Positions 55,320 to 64,000 of a stretch of 64,000 bases of DNA are shown here, in pieces. Within the stretch, counting starts at the first letter, position 1. Each line of letters opens with the position of its first letter. The notes beneath the pieces are model-generated. The model ran no database searches. It was not told the DNA's origin and worked only from the letters and a program-made list of their open reading frames with translations. Position numbers and translations under genes: made by a program. This stretch comes from Candidatus Doudnabacteria bacterium (GTDB lineage Bacteria; Patescibacteriota; Doudnabacteria; UBA920): the NCBI GenBank assembly GCA_963768175.1, contig CAVYGQ010000001.1:638305-702304 (forward strand). The letters run 5' to 3'.

Positions 55320-55844
55320 ATGACAAAAAAACCAACTACCGGATTTACATGGCACCATTTATTAAAATTAAATTTAAAAAGTAGCGCGGGGTTTACGCTA
55401 ATTGAGCTGTTGGTGGTAATTTCTATAATCGGGCTCATGGCTTCCATTGTCCTGGTCGCTTTAAATAACTCCAGACTGCAGGCCAGAAACGCCAAAAGAA
55501 AAGCCGATATCAGGGAAGTCCGCACGGCTTTGGAACTGTACTACAGCGACAACCAGGATACTTACCCCCATAGCGGCGCGCTCGGCACCGCCAACAACGA
55601 GAGCGACATCCAAAAATTGTCCGGCTTTTTGGCACCCAAATATGTGTTGTTTTTACCCAATGACCCCAAAAACAACCCATACAACTACCAATATGTCTGG
55701 AAAAACGGAGGCAAAGACTACGGCATTTTTGTGCCGTTTTCCGACGACGGCAGCAGCAGCTGCCAATTCCAGACCGCGGGCGGATCAAAAAACTGGTTTA
55801 AAAAAGGTTCAAAGCAAACGCCGCTGTGTAATTACCAAAACTAA
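55320..55844 (+). CDS. Type IV pilin-like protein
   Basis: MTKKPTTGFTWHHLLKLNLKSSAG|FTLIELLVVISIIGLMASIVLVAL. The track ORF begins at 55242. A TATAAT box sits about 9 nt before the ATG. Confidence 0.75.
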   Translation: MTKKPTTGFTWHHLLKLNLKSSAGFTLIELLVVISIIGLMASIVLVALNNSRLQARNAKRKADIREVRTALELYYSDNQDTYPHSGALGTANNESDIQKLSGFLAPKYVLFLPNDPKNNPYNYQYVWKNGGKDYGIFVPFSDDGSSSCQFQTAGGSKNWFKKGSKQTPLCNYQN

Positions 55845-55902
55845 AAACTCCTAAACCCCAGCGTAAATAATTATGGCAAAAAACAAAAAACTCCCGTTTT
55901 TA

Positions 55903-55949
55903 GGGAGTTTTTTAAATCTGGATTTTTTTAGCGGGTGACGGAAATAGGT
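55903..55949. repeat. 45-bp direct repeat, copy 1, containing a truncated duplicate of a pilin-gene 3' end (...PISVTR*)
   Basis: gggagttttttaaatctggatttttttagcgggtgacggaaatagg versus 56691-56734. Confidence 0.55.
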
Positions 55950-55980
55950 TGACTAAGTTCGGCGTATATTTTTAAAGCTT

Positions 55981-56298
55981 TTAAGCCAGCTGTTTTAATA
56001 AAAGCGGCACCTCGTTAACAGCTACATCAAAAACAATGGCCAAATCAACGTCCATGTAATCATGAACCAGGCGATTGCGCATGGCCATGGCTTTGTTCCA
56101 GTCAATGGAGGAAAAACGCTGACGGGTTTCCGGGGAAAGCCGCTTGGAAGCTTCGCCGATATTTTCTATGAGCTTAACCACGGCCAATTGCAATTTTTCG
56201 TCAGCGGCAAAATCTTCGTATTTTTGGCTTTGGGTAAACTCAATAACCTTTTGGCAAAATTCCTTAATCTCTGCCAAATATATTTGGTCTTTTTCCAT
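55981..56298 (-). CDS. HEPN-domain toxin (HepT/DUF86 family)
   Basis: RNRLVHDY carries the HEPN Rx4-6H motif. 105 aa. Confidence 0.75.
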   Translation of the reverse strand: MEKDQIYLAEIKEFCQKVIEFTQSQKYEDFAADEKLQLAVVKLIENIGEASKRLSPETRQRFSSIDWNKAMAMRNRLVHDYMDVDLAIVFDVAVNEVPLLLKQLA

Positions 56299-56575
56299 AA
56301 ATCAGTTTTAAATCCCGCTCAATCTGCGGGCGTAAAAATTTGTTAACCGCGCCTTCGGTGACCAGATCAATGTCCCGGCCTAAAGATTGGCGCAAACTTT
56401 TGTCAAGATTAAGATAGGCCGCAAAAGTCGCCGGTCCCGTAAACTTTACCAAAATATCCACGTCGCTGTCCGGCCTGGCCTGGCCTCTGGCCACACTGCC
56501 AAAAACGCCGATGTATTCCACCGGATTTTCTTTGATAACCGGCATGATTTTTTCCTTGGCTTCTTCAAAGGTCAT
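56264..56575 (-). CDS. Minimal nucleotidyltransferase antitoxin (MntA family)
   Basis: GVFGSVARGQARPDSDVDIL (GS...DxD). 103 aa. Overlaps the HepT gene by about 35 nt. Confidence 0.75.
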   Translation of the reverse strand: MTFEEAKEKIMPVIKENPVEYIGVFGSVARGQARPDSDVDILVKFTGPATFAAYLNLDKSLRQSLGRDIDLVTEGAVNKFLRPQIERDLKLIYGKRPNIFGRD

Positions 56576-56690
56576 ACAAATATGTTATCATTTTTTAAAA
56601 GCGGGGTCAAAGCAACATAAAAAACTCCCCTATTACCCTCACCCTGCCCTCTCCCGCTTTGCGGGAGAGGGAAAAATGAAAAGCTATAAA

Positions 56691-56734
56691 GGGAGTTTTT
56701 TGATTTTGGATTTTTTAGCGGGTGACACAAATGG
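56691..56734. repeat. 45-bp direct repeat, copy 2, overlapping the real 3' end of the pilin gene 56715..57212
   Basis: gggagttttttgattttggattttttagcgggtgacacaaatgg. Confidence 0.55.
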
Positions 56735-57212
56735 CAGTGCTACCAGGGATAGCGCCCTCAACACCATTAGGAGCACAAACCGTTACGCGCCCATTTGCAT
56801 CAACCGCAACAGTATACTTAGTATCATAAGAAGATGAGCAATTAGTAACGGCCCCACTGGTTATGCTGGGATCAACCGGCAGTGAAGGAAGATAGGTAGG
56901 TACTAAGGAGGAACAAAGATCGGCATTACCACTTGCAATATCCTCAGCAGTCATGGAAAGTGATAAGGCTGGCGGCATGGTACCTTTATTATCAGCAAGA
57001 TATTGACCAACGCCATTTAATATTGCGTTAACGTTGCTGGTGCGCTGGGTATTTCTGCCTTGCGCAAACTGGCGGGCAGGGTTGATGGCAATAATCACAA
57101 TTGCCGCCAAAATGGCAATCAAACCAATAACCACCAAAATTTCAATAAGGGTAAACCCGCCTTGTCTTGCGATATTCGAGGCAAGCCCTTTTTGATTCTC
57201 ATTTTTAATCAT
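56715..57212 (-). CDS. Type IV pilin-like protein
   Basis: MIKNENQKGLASNIARQG|GFTLIEILVVIGLIAILAAIVIIAI. Confidence 0.8.
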   Translation of the reverse strand: MIKNENQKGLASNIARQGGFTLIEILVVIGLIAILAAIVIIAINPARQFAQGRNTQRTSNVNAILNGVGQYLADNKGTMPPALSLSMTAEDIASGNADLCSSLVPTYLPSLPVDPSITSGAVTNCSSSYDTKYTVAVDANGRVTVCAPNGVEGAIPGSTAICVTR

Positions 57213-57224
57213 AAATTTGTTTAC

Positions 57225-57300
57225 CCTGTTAAATTTTACCCCGTTAAATTATCCGCCCCTAGCGGAGACTATTTAACTGGGGATTTAACAGGGTGAATTA
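57225..57300. promoter_or_regulatory. Nested palindromes in the pilin 5' region (CCCCGTTAAAT-type arms)
   Basis: caccctgttaaattttaccccgttaaattatccgcccctagcggagactatttaactggggatttaacagggtgaa. Confidence 0.45.
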
Positions 57301-57441
57301 ATAATTAATATTGCAATTTTTTATTTAGTTATTTTTAGCATAATCGACCAGTATTGCTAAATATTTGTTTTATTAATAACTCATTTTAGCAGGAAAGCTT
57401 TTTCCAGTCAATATGAAAATTTGACAAAAAAATGGCTTATC

Positions 57442-60400
57442 TTAAGGATTTTCCTGCCAAGAGCCGACGGTAATTGACGGCGGCGGGGGCGGCGGCGGGG
57501 GCGGCGGCGGGGGCGGCGGCGGCAAATCGTCATTAATAATTGTGCAAGTTATGGTCTGGCCGGCGCTGATGGTGCCGTTTTGGCAAAGCGAGCCAAAACT
57601 TTCGGAGTAACTGGCGTTGCTGCTTTCGGTAACGTTATATTGGCTGCTCACGCTCGGCGTAACCGTAAAAGTTACCCCGCTTTCCGAGCCTAAGGCGCTG
57701 GCCGGGGAAGGGTTCCCGCCGGTTACGTAAATGGTAAAGCTGGAAGCCGCGGCGCTGGCGCCGTTATCGTTTATGACGTGGGTAATAACCACCACGCCAG
57801 CAGTGGTCGGAGTCGGCGGCGGCGGAGTGACCGCGGCCGGACAGACCGTGGCGCCAATGGTCTGGAACACGTTGGACATCTGGCTGGACGGGGGAGAATT
57901 AAAATAATCCCCGCTGGCGCTGGCTATGTTCTTGAGCAAAGTTATGGCGGCGGAATTGCTGTCTGAACTATAGCGCACGGTAAAAATAACTGCCCCGCTG
58001 GCCTTGGCGGTACTGGCCGCGGACAAGGCGTCGTTGGTATCTGTGGTTAGGTTACCGGTCGGCTTGGTGGGTTCACCGTCGGAAACCAGAATTAAAACCT
58101 TCGGGTTGCTGGCTGTATGCCTGGAGCTATTGAGTTCCGCGCTCCCGACGGTTATGGCGCTTTGCAAGTTAGTGCCCACGTCGCTGTTGGAGCCGGTAAT
58201 GGTGTTAATGGCGGCGTACAAACCAGTGGCCGGCGCGGTATAATAAACTTTTATGGTGACGTAATTTACGTACGTGGTTAAGGTGCTGGCGGAATTGTTT
58301 TGCAGGCGCAAAATAAAATTCGTATCGGAAAAATCCCCTATCGCCCAAGTCCTGCCCCAAGTGTCCGTAGAGCCTCCCATAGTGTAAGCCGTTTCGGTGG
58401 TAGTTAAGGTTTGGGTTTTGGCGGAAGTCCAGCTGCTGCCGTTGTTCCAGGAAAGATTCAAACCAACCTGCCCGTTGCTTGCGGCCGGAGTATAGGTATA
58501 GCTGACGGTTAAATAGACTTCAGAAACTCTGGCAGTACCCGAGGTGTTGGTTTTGATAACGCCAAGACCCCAGGAATTCAGTTCAGCTATGGTCCATTGC
58601 GCGTTGGTAAAAGGATCCACAGTTAGCGCCCCGGTATTGTAAGTGGCAAAGGAGCTGCCCAAACTGGAAATCGCATAATCTTTTTGGTTGCCGGTACCGG
58701 TACCTTTTTCTATGCGCATGGAAAGGGTTGGCGTGCTGGCGCCGCTTTTTTCGGCAACCACATACAAAGTTACCGAATTGATAGTAGCCCCCGCAGGAAT
58801 TGCGGAAGTATCTACTTTATAAGTTTCCGCGGCGCTTGTTGTGTTGGTAATGTAAGTATTGTTGTTGGAATCGTTCACGGCGCTAATTTTATTGCCGTTG
58901 CTGGTTGAACCGGTGTTGGTAGCCCAGGAAGTTGGATTATAATCCGCCACATTATTTGGAACCAAATTTAAGCTGGAAGTTTGCGGATTGGCGGTAACCT
59001 TGCCGTCCACCACAACTTCTACGCCACTGACGGTTGCGCCGGAGGGGATGCCGGATAAGCTAAATTTGGAATAACCCTGCTGCTGGTTTAAGGTCGCGCT
59101 GGTGGTAAACGTAGTGTCCTTGGTAAAAGCATTGCCCGGATTTGACCACTGGCCGTTCGGCGATGCGGTGCTGGCCGGAAGGTTGGGCCCTATTGTAGCG
59201 CTGGAGCTGTCGCTCCCATAAACTGTAGTCAGCTGGCCGTTGGTCGGCACCGAGCCGCTGCTGCCGTCCAAACCGCCAAAGCTTCCCATACCGACTTTGG
59301 ACGGTATGGCAACCTGGCCGTATAACGCAAGCAGGGCTTTGGCCGCCGAGTTTTCATTGGCAAGGTCGGTGGAACTCATACTGCCCGTGCGGTCAAAAAT
59401 CATCACCGTATCGGCGCAGGCCGGAGTTGGCGGCGCGTTTTGAGCCACGTTAATGACGCAGGTTTTGCTGTCGCCGGCGCTTAAGCTCACGGTGCCGCCG
59501 GACGAACAATCCTGCCCCCACACCGAAGCCGTGTAGCCGGCCGGAACGCCGGAAATGCTGGCGGTATGAGAACCCACAGTCAGCCCGCTTTTGGGTACGC
59601 CGGAAGTCACCGTATTGCCGTCAAGTTTTAAAGTAACTCCGCTTGGGGCAAGACTGCCGCCGTAACCGTTGGTAATGTTGGCGGTAACCGTGAGGGTAGC
59701 CGTAGTGGGCTGGTCAATATTGGTTATGGTACAAACGTAATCCTGGCCTGAAGCCGCGGAAGAAAAATTGCAACCGGTAGAATTGATTACCACACCATTG
59801 AGGGACAAAGAATAGACAGGCGTTTGATAACCGCTGCTCGGGCAAGGGCCGCTGGGCGTGCATTCGGTAACATTAAAGTTGCTGCCCGGCGTAATTTGCA
59901 TGGCGGTGCCCGTTGCCGCCAGATCCGGGAACGGGGTTACGGCAGGACTTGCCGTAACGTTGACCGTAAAATTGTTGGCGCTGGCCGTACCGCCGTGGCT
60001 GTTGCTGACCACAACCACCACGGTTAAATATGCCGGCTGGGTTTGGGTCACCGCCGGGTTCTGCACCGTGGAAGAAACATTAATATTGGTAAACGAGCCC
60101 TGGTAGCTGGCCTGGGTGGAAATTGCCACGACCGTGGAATTTCCCGAGCGTGGCGCAGACGGCGTAAGGGCGGCAATGCTGCAGGTCTCCAGCCGCCCTT
60201 GGGCATCTGTGCCTATGGTTATGGGTGGTCCGCCTCCGGTATAATTGTAATTTTGGCCTAATTTAAGCAAAGCAATGTTGGAGCAGGATTCCGCCAAACC
60301 CAAAGACACGCGCTTGTATTCCCCGCTGGAGGAGGCGGCGCGGACAAAATAGCCGCCGCTGGAAAGCAAAAACACCAAACCCAATAAAATCAAAGAAATG

Positions 60401-60477
60401 ACAATCGCGGAAATCAGGGCAATAAACCCGGCTTCGTCTTGGCTTGCGGTGGGCAATTTGTTGTTTAAATGCTTCAT
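57442..60477 (-). CDS. Giant pilin-like adhesin with a von Willebrand factor A domain and a polyproline tail
   Basis: 1011 aa. N-terminal pseudopilin-like hydrophobic segment (AGFIALISAIVISLILLGLVFLL). VWA MIDAS motif DTVMIFDRTGSMSS. C-terminal P15 run encoded by a GC-rich trinucleotide repeat (57476-57530). Confidence 0.75.
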   Translation of the reverse strand: MKHLNNKLPTASQDEAGFIALISAIVISLILLGLVFLLSSGGYFVRAASSSGEYKRVSLGLAESCSNIALLKLGQNYNYTGGGPPITIGTDAQGRLETCSIAALTPSAPRSGNSTVVAISTQASYQGSFTNINVSSTVQNPAVTQTQPAYLTVVVVVSNSHGGTASANNFTVNVTASPAVTPFPDLAATGTAMQITPGSNFNVTECTPSGPCPSSGYQTPVYSLSLNGVVINSTGCNFSSAASGQDYVCTITNIDQPTTATLTVTANITNGYGGSLAPSGVTLKLDGNTVTSGVPKSGLTVGSHTASISGVPAGYTASVWGQDCSSGGTVSLSAGDSKTCVINVAQNAPPTPACADTVMIFDRTGSMSSTDLANENSAAKALLALYGQVAIPSKVGMGSFGGLDGSSGSVPTNGQLTTVYGSDSSSATIGPNLPASTASPNGQWSNPGNAFTKDTTFTTSATLNQQQGYSKFSLSGIPSGATVSGVEVVVDGKVTANPQTSSLNLVPNNVADYNPTSWATNTGSTSNGNKISAVNDSNNNTYITNTTSAAETYKVDTSAIPAGATINSVTLYVVAEKSGASTPTLSMRIEKGTGTGNQKDYAISSLGSSFATYNTGALTVDPFTNAQWTIAELNSWGLGVIKTNTSGTARVSEVYLTVSYTYTPAASNGQVGLNLSWNNGSSWTSAKTQTLTTTETAYTMGGSTDTWGRTWAIGDFSDTNFILRLQNNSASTLTTYVNYVTIKVYYTAPATGLYAAINTITGSNSDVGTNLQSAITVGSAELNSSRHTASNPKVLILVSDGEPTKPTGNLTTDTNDALSAASTAKASGAVIFTVRYSSDSNSAAITLLKNIASASGDYFNSPPSSQMSNVFQTIGATVCPAAVTPPPPTPTTAGVVVITHVINDNGASAAASSFTIYVTGGNPSPASALGSESGVTFTVTPSVSSQYNVTESSNASYSESFGSLCQNGTISAGQTITCTIINDDLPPPPPPPPPPPPPPPSITVGSWQENP

Positions 60478-61058
60478 TTTCTTAAGTACTTGGTAATGGA
60501 AAAAGTTGATGACAACAGCATACCGTTGTCCGTCCGGTCGGTCAAGGAAAAACTGGCCGAAACGCTTTCCGGCTCAATGCTAGTGCCGGAAGCCGCGGTA
60601 TGGGTAAACTGTAAGTTGCTGATTTGGACATTGGAAGTATTTACGGGGACCGGGCAGGCCGTCCCGTACCACAGCAATAAACTGCCGTTATAACTTTGCA
60701 AGCAGGAACTTGGCGCGACCAGGCTTAGGTTGACGACGGTGGAATTATATTTGGTCACGGAAAGGCACAGCGGCCGGTTTAAATCGCAGGCGCGGGCAAC
60801 CCCGTCGGCCGGCAAGGAAACCGCGTCTATATACGAAGCTCCGGACAGCACCCAGTCAATTTTACCTTCCAAAAAATCGCCTTCCTGCTGCAGTGTTGCC
60901 CTGGCCTGGTTGCGGCCGGCGGACTCAAACACGCTGTAAGCGGTAACAATCGCTCCGGTCATCAAAATGGCAAACAGCGCCAGATAAACTATAACTTCAA
61001 TCAAGGTAAAACCTGCGCTATTTTGTATCCCATTTTTTTTATTGTTGGTTAATGCCAT
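60474..61058 (-). CDS. Type IV pilin-like protein
   Basis: MALTNNKKNGIQNSAG|FTLIEVIVYLALFAILMTG. TGA stop. Confidence 0.75.
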   Translation of the reverse strand: MALTNNKKNGIQNSAGFTLIEVIVYLALFAILMTGAIVTAYSVFESAGRNQARATLQQEGDFLEGKIDWVLSGASYIDAVSLPADGVARACDLNRPLCLSVTKYNSTVVNLSLVAPSSCLQSYNGSLLLWYGTACPVPVNTSNVQISNLQFTHTAASGTSIEPESVSASFSLTDRTDNGMLLSSTFSITKYLRK

Positions 61059-61063
61059 AATTT

Positions 61064-62713
61064 TTACGGGGAGATAACCGACAAGTAACCGTTATTGCCG
61101 CTGTCGTTGGAACCGACATAAAAATAATTTCCTTCGCAATCAAAACTCGGCTCTTCTAAACCGCCGCTGGCCGGCAAATTCACAGGCAAGCCCCAGGCGG
61201 AGACGGACAATGGATTGGAAGCGTCCCAAACCTGAAATTGGGTTTTGGTGAGCAAAAAAGCCAGAGTGTGAAAAGCCTTGGAGCTATCCAAACCAAACCG
61301 GACCGACACCCCCTCCACCGTGCTGCTGATTTTCGCGCCGGGAGGCTGGAGGCTGTTGGGATTATTGGCGGCGAGTCCGGAAGGCGAACTATCATTTAAA
61401 ATATAAAATTCGTAGGTTGGAGGGTTAGTAGTGGTAACGGTTCTGCCTAAATACAGCGTGTTGCCGACTAAATCCAAGCTCTTGCCGTTGCCCTGGTTAT
61501 CCGGCGCGTGGTAATCCCCGATTCTCTTGGGCGAAGAAGGAGTGCTGACATCCAAAACCGTAACCTGTTCCTGATTGGAAGCGCTGCTGTCGGTCGGATG
61601 GGCCAAATAAGCGTAACCGTTACTTACGTAAATGGCATTAATATTATAACCAACCTGATAGCTGCCCACCCATTGCGGGTTAAGCGGATTATGCACGTCT
61701 ATAATATTGAACTCCGGCCCGCTGCTGGTTTTGGTAAGGCCTAAATAGACATAACCGTTACTGTAAAAAATACTGTTGCCGACGGCGCTGCCGCTGGAGC
61801 CAACCACGCCGGAAGCCACGGGCATTTCAAAAGTGTATTTGACCTGCGGCGTGGGACCGCTGACATCAATAACCTGCAGCTGGCCGCAAGCCAAATTGGC
61901 GCCATTATTGTTGCTGCAAGCGCCAGTTGCGGTATTAAAACTTGCGCCATAAGCGCTGGCAACATAGGCATAATTTTGGGAAGTGGAGGTGGCAACGGCT
62001 ACCGCGGCCAGACCGCCCGTACCGACACTGCTGCCATTATTATCCAAACTGCCAATTAAAGAATTAGCCAAATTATTAATCAGCTTATTAGTGTCAAACA
62101 CAAAAAAAGTCGGGTCGGTTTTGTTGGCCGTGCTCCCCACTGCGACATAAAGCCTGCCCTGATAAGCGTCCAAATCGTTAATCGGATATGTCCCGCTTAT
62201 ATTGGCCAAAGAGGCCAGGCTGGTAACGGAATTCTTTATTTGCGGATTTTTCCAGGCGTCGGCGCTGGGCGTTAACACCGAATCGCAGGTGTCCCCGCCC
62301 ACCGCGTTGTTGAAGTTGGTGACTACGGCGGACAATGCAGTGGTCTCAACGCGGTTATGGTCGCCGGACCAGGTTATTGTGGCCTTAACATTTTTGGTAA
62401 AATAGTCGGGCTGGGTCTGCACGGAAACATTTTCCGTATAGGTAAGGGGACCGAGCGTAACGGTAGTGGAAGTCGGCACAACCAGTTTAAAATCCTGCCG
62501 CGCCAACGCTTGCTCGTTTTCCAAAAGTCCTTGCGCCAAACTTAAGGCTTCGGCGCTGGTCTGGCTGTCGGAAAGCAAGGACTGGTTGCCGAAAGACACC
62601 AGCATTACCGCCGTTAAAGCGGTAATCAATATTGCCATGGCAATAAGCATCTCCAGCGTGGAAAATCCGTTTTGTTGGATTTCTCTATTCATAATTCCTG
62701 ATTTACGATTCAT
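61064..62713 (-). CDS. Minor-pilin-like protein with LVIVD-type beta-propeller repeats
   Basis: MNRKSGIMNREIQQNG|FSTLEMLIAMAILITAL. Repeated blocks Y(A/V)YL...(V/I)(I/L)DVS.P..P. Confidence 0.65.
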   Translation of the reverse strand: MNRKSGIMNREIQQNGFSTLEMLIAMAILITALTAVMLVSFGNQSLLSDSQTSAEALSLAQGLLENEQALARQDFKLVVPTSTTVTLGPLTYTENVSVQTQPDYFTKNVKATITWSGDHNRVETTALSAVVTNFNNAVGGDTCDSVLTPSADAWKNPQIKNSVTSLASLANISGTYPINDLDAYQGRLYVAVGSTANKTDPTFFVFDTNKLINNLANSLIGSLDNNGSSVGTGGLAAVAVATSTSQNYAYVASAYGASFNTATGACSNNNGANLACGQLQVIDVSGPTPQVKYTFEMPVASGVVGSSGSAVGNSIFYSNGYVYLGLTKTSSGPEFNIIDVHNPLNPQWVGSYQVGYNINAIYVSNGYAYLAHPTDSSASNQEQVTVLDVSTPSSPKRIGDYHAPDNQGNGKSLDLVGNTLYLGRTVTTTNPPTYEFYILNDSSPSGLAANNPNSLQPPGAKISSTVEGVSVRFGLDSSKAFHTLAFLLTKTQFQVWDASNPLSVSAWGLPVNLPASGGLEEPSFDCEGNYFYVGSNDSGNNGYLSVISP

Positions 62714-62745
62714 GCTTCAAGCTTCATGCTTCATGATTCTAGTTC

Positions 62746-63234
62746 CTACCAGTCTATGCGCCCCTCGCTGTTAACGGTAATGGTGTCGGAATGTGTGCCG
62801 TCGGAAAGCGCAATGCTTTGGGCCGTGCTGGTACCGCTTAACCGGGTAAAATCAACTTCTGTAGCGCCGGAATGGGTTACTAGGCTGGTGGCCGGAAATG
62901 CCTGATTTAAAGGATCGTTTTGATTATAAGGCGAACCCTGAAAAATCACGTATTGACTGGGCTGGATTTCCACGCCGTGCGGCTTGCCGTCACTGCAGCC
63001 GGAGCCCAAACAGACATTGTTGATTGCCTGGCTGCGCGCAACCTGTAAAACCATAACCAGCGTATTGCGTTCCGTGCGGAAAACAAAACTGCGGTAGGCA
63101 TCCAACCCTACTATTATTGACAGGCTGCTGATTATGACAATCATCGCCATAACAGTAACAATTTCAATAAGGGTAAATCCTTTTTGAGATTTCAGATTTA
63201 TGATTTCAGATTTATGATTCCGGAGAACGTTCAT
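62746..63234 (-). CDS. Type IV pilin-like protein
   Basis: ...NLKSQKG|FTLIEIVTVMAMIVIISSL. Confidence 0.75.
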   Translation of the reverse strand: MNVLRNHKSEIINLKSQKGFTLIEIVTVMAMIVIISSLSIIVGLDAYRSFVFRTERNTLVMVLQVARSQAINNVCLGSGCSDGKPHGVEIQPSQYVIFQGSPYNQNDPLNQAFPATSLVTHSGATEVDFTRLSGTSTAQSIALSDGTHSDTITVNSEGRIDW

Positions 63235-63236
63235 AG

Positions 63237-64000
63237 CTAATGGATGCTGTTGCTAAGGCTTTGCGTGAGGGAATAAATCGGGGTGATTATGGACAGCGCA
63301 ATGAAGCCCACGAGCACGCCCATAAAAATCATCAACACCGGCTCAATCAGGCTGGACATATTTTTGGTGATTTCCTCCAGTTCGGCCTCGTACATTTCCG
63401 CCAAAAACAGCAGCGTGTCGCTTAAATTGCCCGCCGTCTCGCCCACGCTTATCATTTGGGTAAACGCGGGCGGAAACAGCTTCGGATTAGTGGCCAAATG
63501 CTCGGAAAGTTTCTCCCCGTGGGTCAATTTTTCGCTCATGATGTTAAACTCGCGCCGATAAACCGTGCTGGTGGAAGTATCGGCCGTGATTCTTACCGCT
63601 TCCACTATCAGCGCCTCGCCCTTAAGCAGTATCCCCAAAGTCCTGGTAAAACTGACCAAATGGTAACTCAAAAACATCTGGCCAAAAAGCGGCAGGCGCA
63701 AAATTTGCCTGTCTACCCACAGCCGGATTTTCGGCTGGCGCATGGCAACAAACACGGCGAAAACCAAAACCACAAGCGCTAAAAGAATCGCCAAACCGTG
63801 GTTGAGCATAAAACTGCTGACAAAAATAAGGACGCGCGTAGTCCAGGGCAGTTGGAATTTGAAACTCTGGAACACCGGCAAGATTTTCGGAAAGACATAA
63901 AAAGTCAGCATACCGGTAATGCCAAAAGTCGCGAAGACTATAAAAATCGGGTAAACCAGGGCGCCGATGACTTTGCGGCGCAGAGCCTGCTGCTTTTGCA
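63237..64000 (-). CDS. pilC: Type IV pilus/T2SS platform protein PilC/GspF, C-terminal part (5' end lies outside the window)
   Basis: T2SSF-domain C-terminus (...MIFMGVLVGFIALSIITPIYSLTQSLSNSIH). The ORF remains open to the window edge. Confidence 0.7.
   Translation of the reverse strand, partial: QKQQALRRKVIGALVYPIFIVFATFGITGMLTFYVFPKILPVFQSFKFQLPWTTRVLIFVSSFMLNHGLAILLALVVLVFAVFVAMRQPKIRLWVDRQILRLPLFGQMFLSYHLVSFTRTLGILLKGEALIVEAVRITADTSTSTVYRREFNIMSEKLTHGEKLSEHLATNPKLFPPAFTQMISVGETAGNLSDTLLFLAEMYEAELEEITKNMSSLIEPVLMIFMGVLVGFIALSIITPIYSLTQSLSNSIH

Noticed and set aside
57476-57530. GC-rich GGCGGCGGGGGC repeat as a separate regulatory or G-quadruplex element
   Set aside because: It is in frame within the 1011-aa pilin-like gene and encodes the polyproline tail. 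It is treated as a coding simple-sequence repeat.

Overview
This 64 kb window is moderately AT-rich, dense in hairpin repeats, and mixed in GC content. Its gene content fits a monoderm-type, CPR/Patescibacteria-like bacterium: at least seven type IV pilin-like genes with a partial PilC, a sortase next to an LPXTG protein, an hrcA-grpE-dnaK-dnaJ chaperone locus with a CIRCE-like operator, a four-gene MacAB/HlyD-type exporter, and a large topA with several zinc ribbons.

The stretch from about 16.6 to 33.9 kb looks like an integrated mobile region. It begins at an intact tRNA-Lys(UUU) preceded by two degenerate tRNA-Lys-like copies and a GIY-YIG ORF. It carries phage-like genes (a Sak4-like ATPase and HU), two tyrosine integrases, a histidine kinase, a terpene-cyclase-like protein, an ArsR/thioredoxin/permease triad and a response regulator. 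It ends at a degenerate copy of the tRNA-Lys 3' end.

The standout feature inside that region is a complete diversity-generating retroelement (DGR). It consists of a target gene with a C-terminal variable region (VR, 22565-22685), a reverse transcriptase with the DGR-typical IGNLTSQ motif, a divergently oriented Avd-like four-helix-bundle gene, and a 121-bp template repeat (TR, 24185-24305). All 18 TR/VR mismatches fall on TR adenines, mostly in AAC codons.

Other notable content:
- A family of TCTAACGGGG inverted repeats that pair with start-codon regions.
- A family of AT-rich palindromic repeats at gene junctions inside operons.
- An IS200/RAYT-like transposase carrying its own REP hairpin, once in-frame and once just downstream.
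- An IS3 element with an A7 frameshift site.
- A HepT/MntA toxin-antitoxin cassette bracketed by 45-bp direct repeats.
- A sortase in which the catalytic Cys is replaced by Ser.
- A PEP-CTERM protein.
- A LAGLIDADG endonuclease gene interrupted by an in-frame TGA.
- Three apparent single-base frameshifts, in FtsX, the histidine kinase and dnaK.

Coordinates taken from the ORF track are exact. Coordinates I derived by eye for other features may be off by 1-3 nt.
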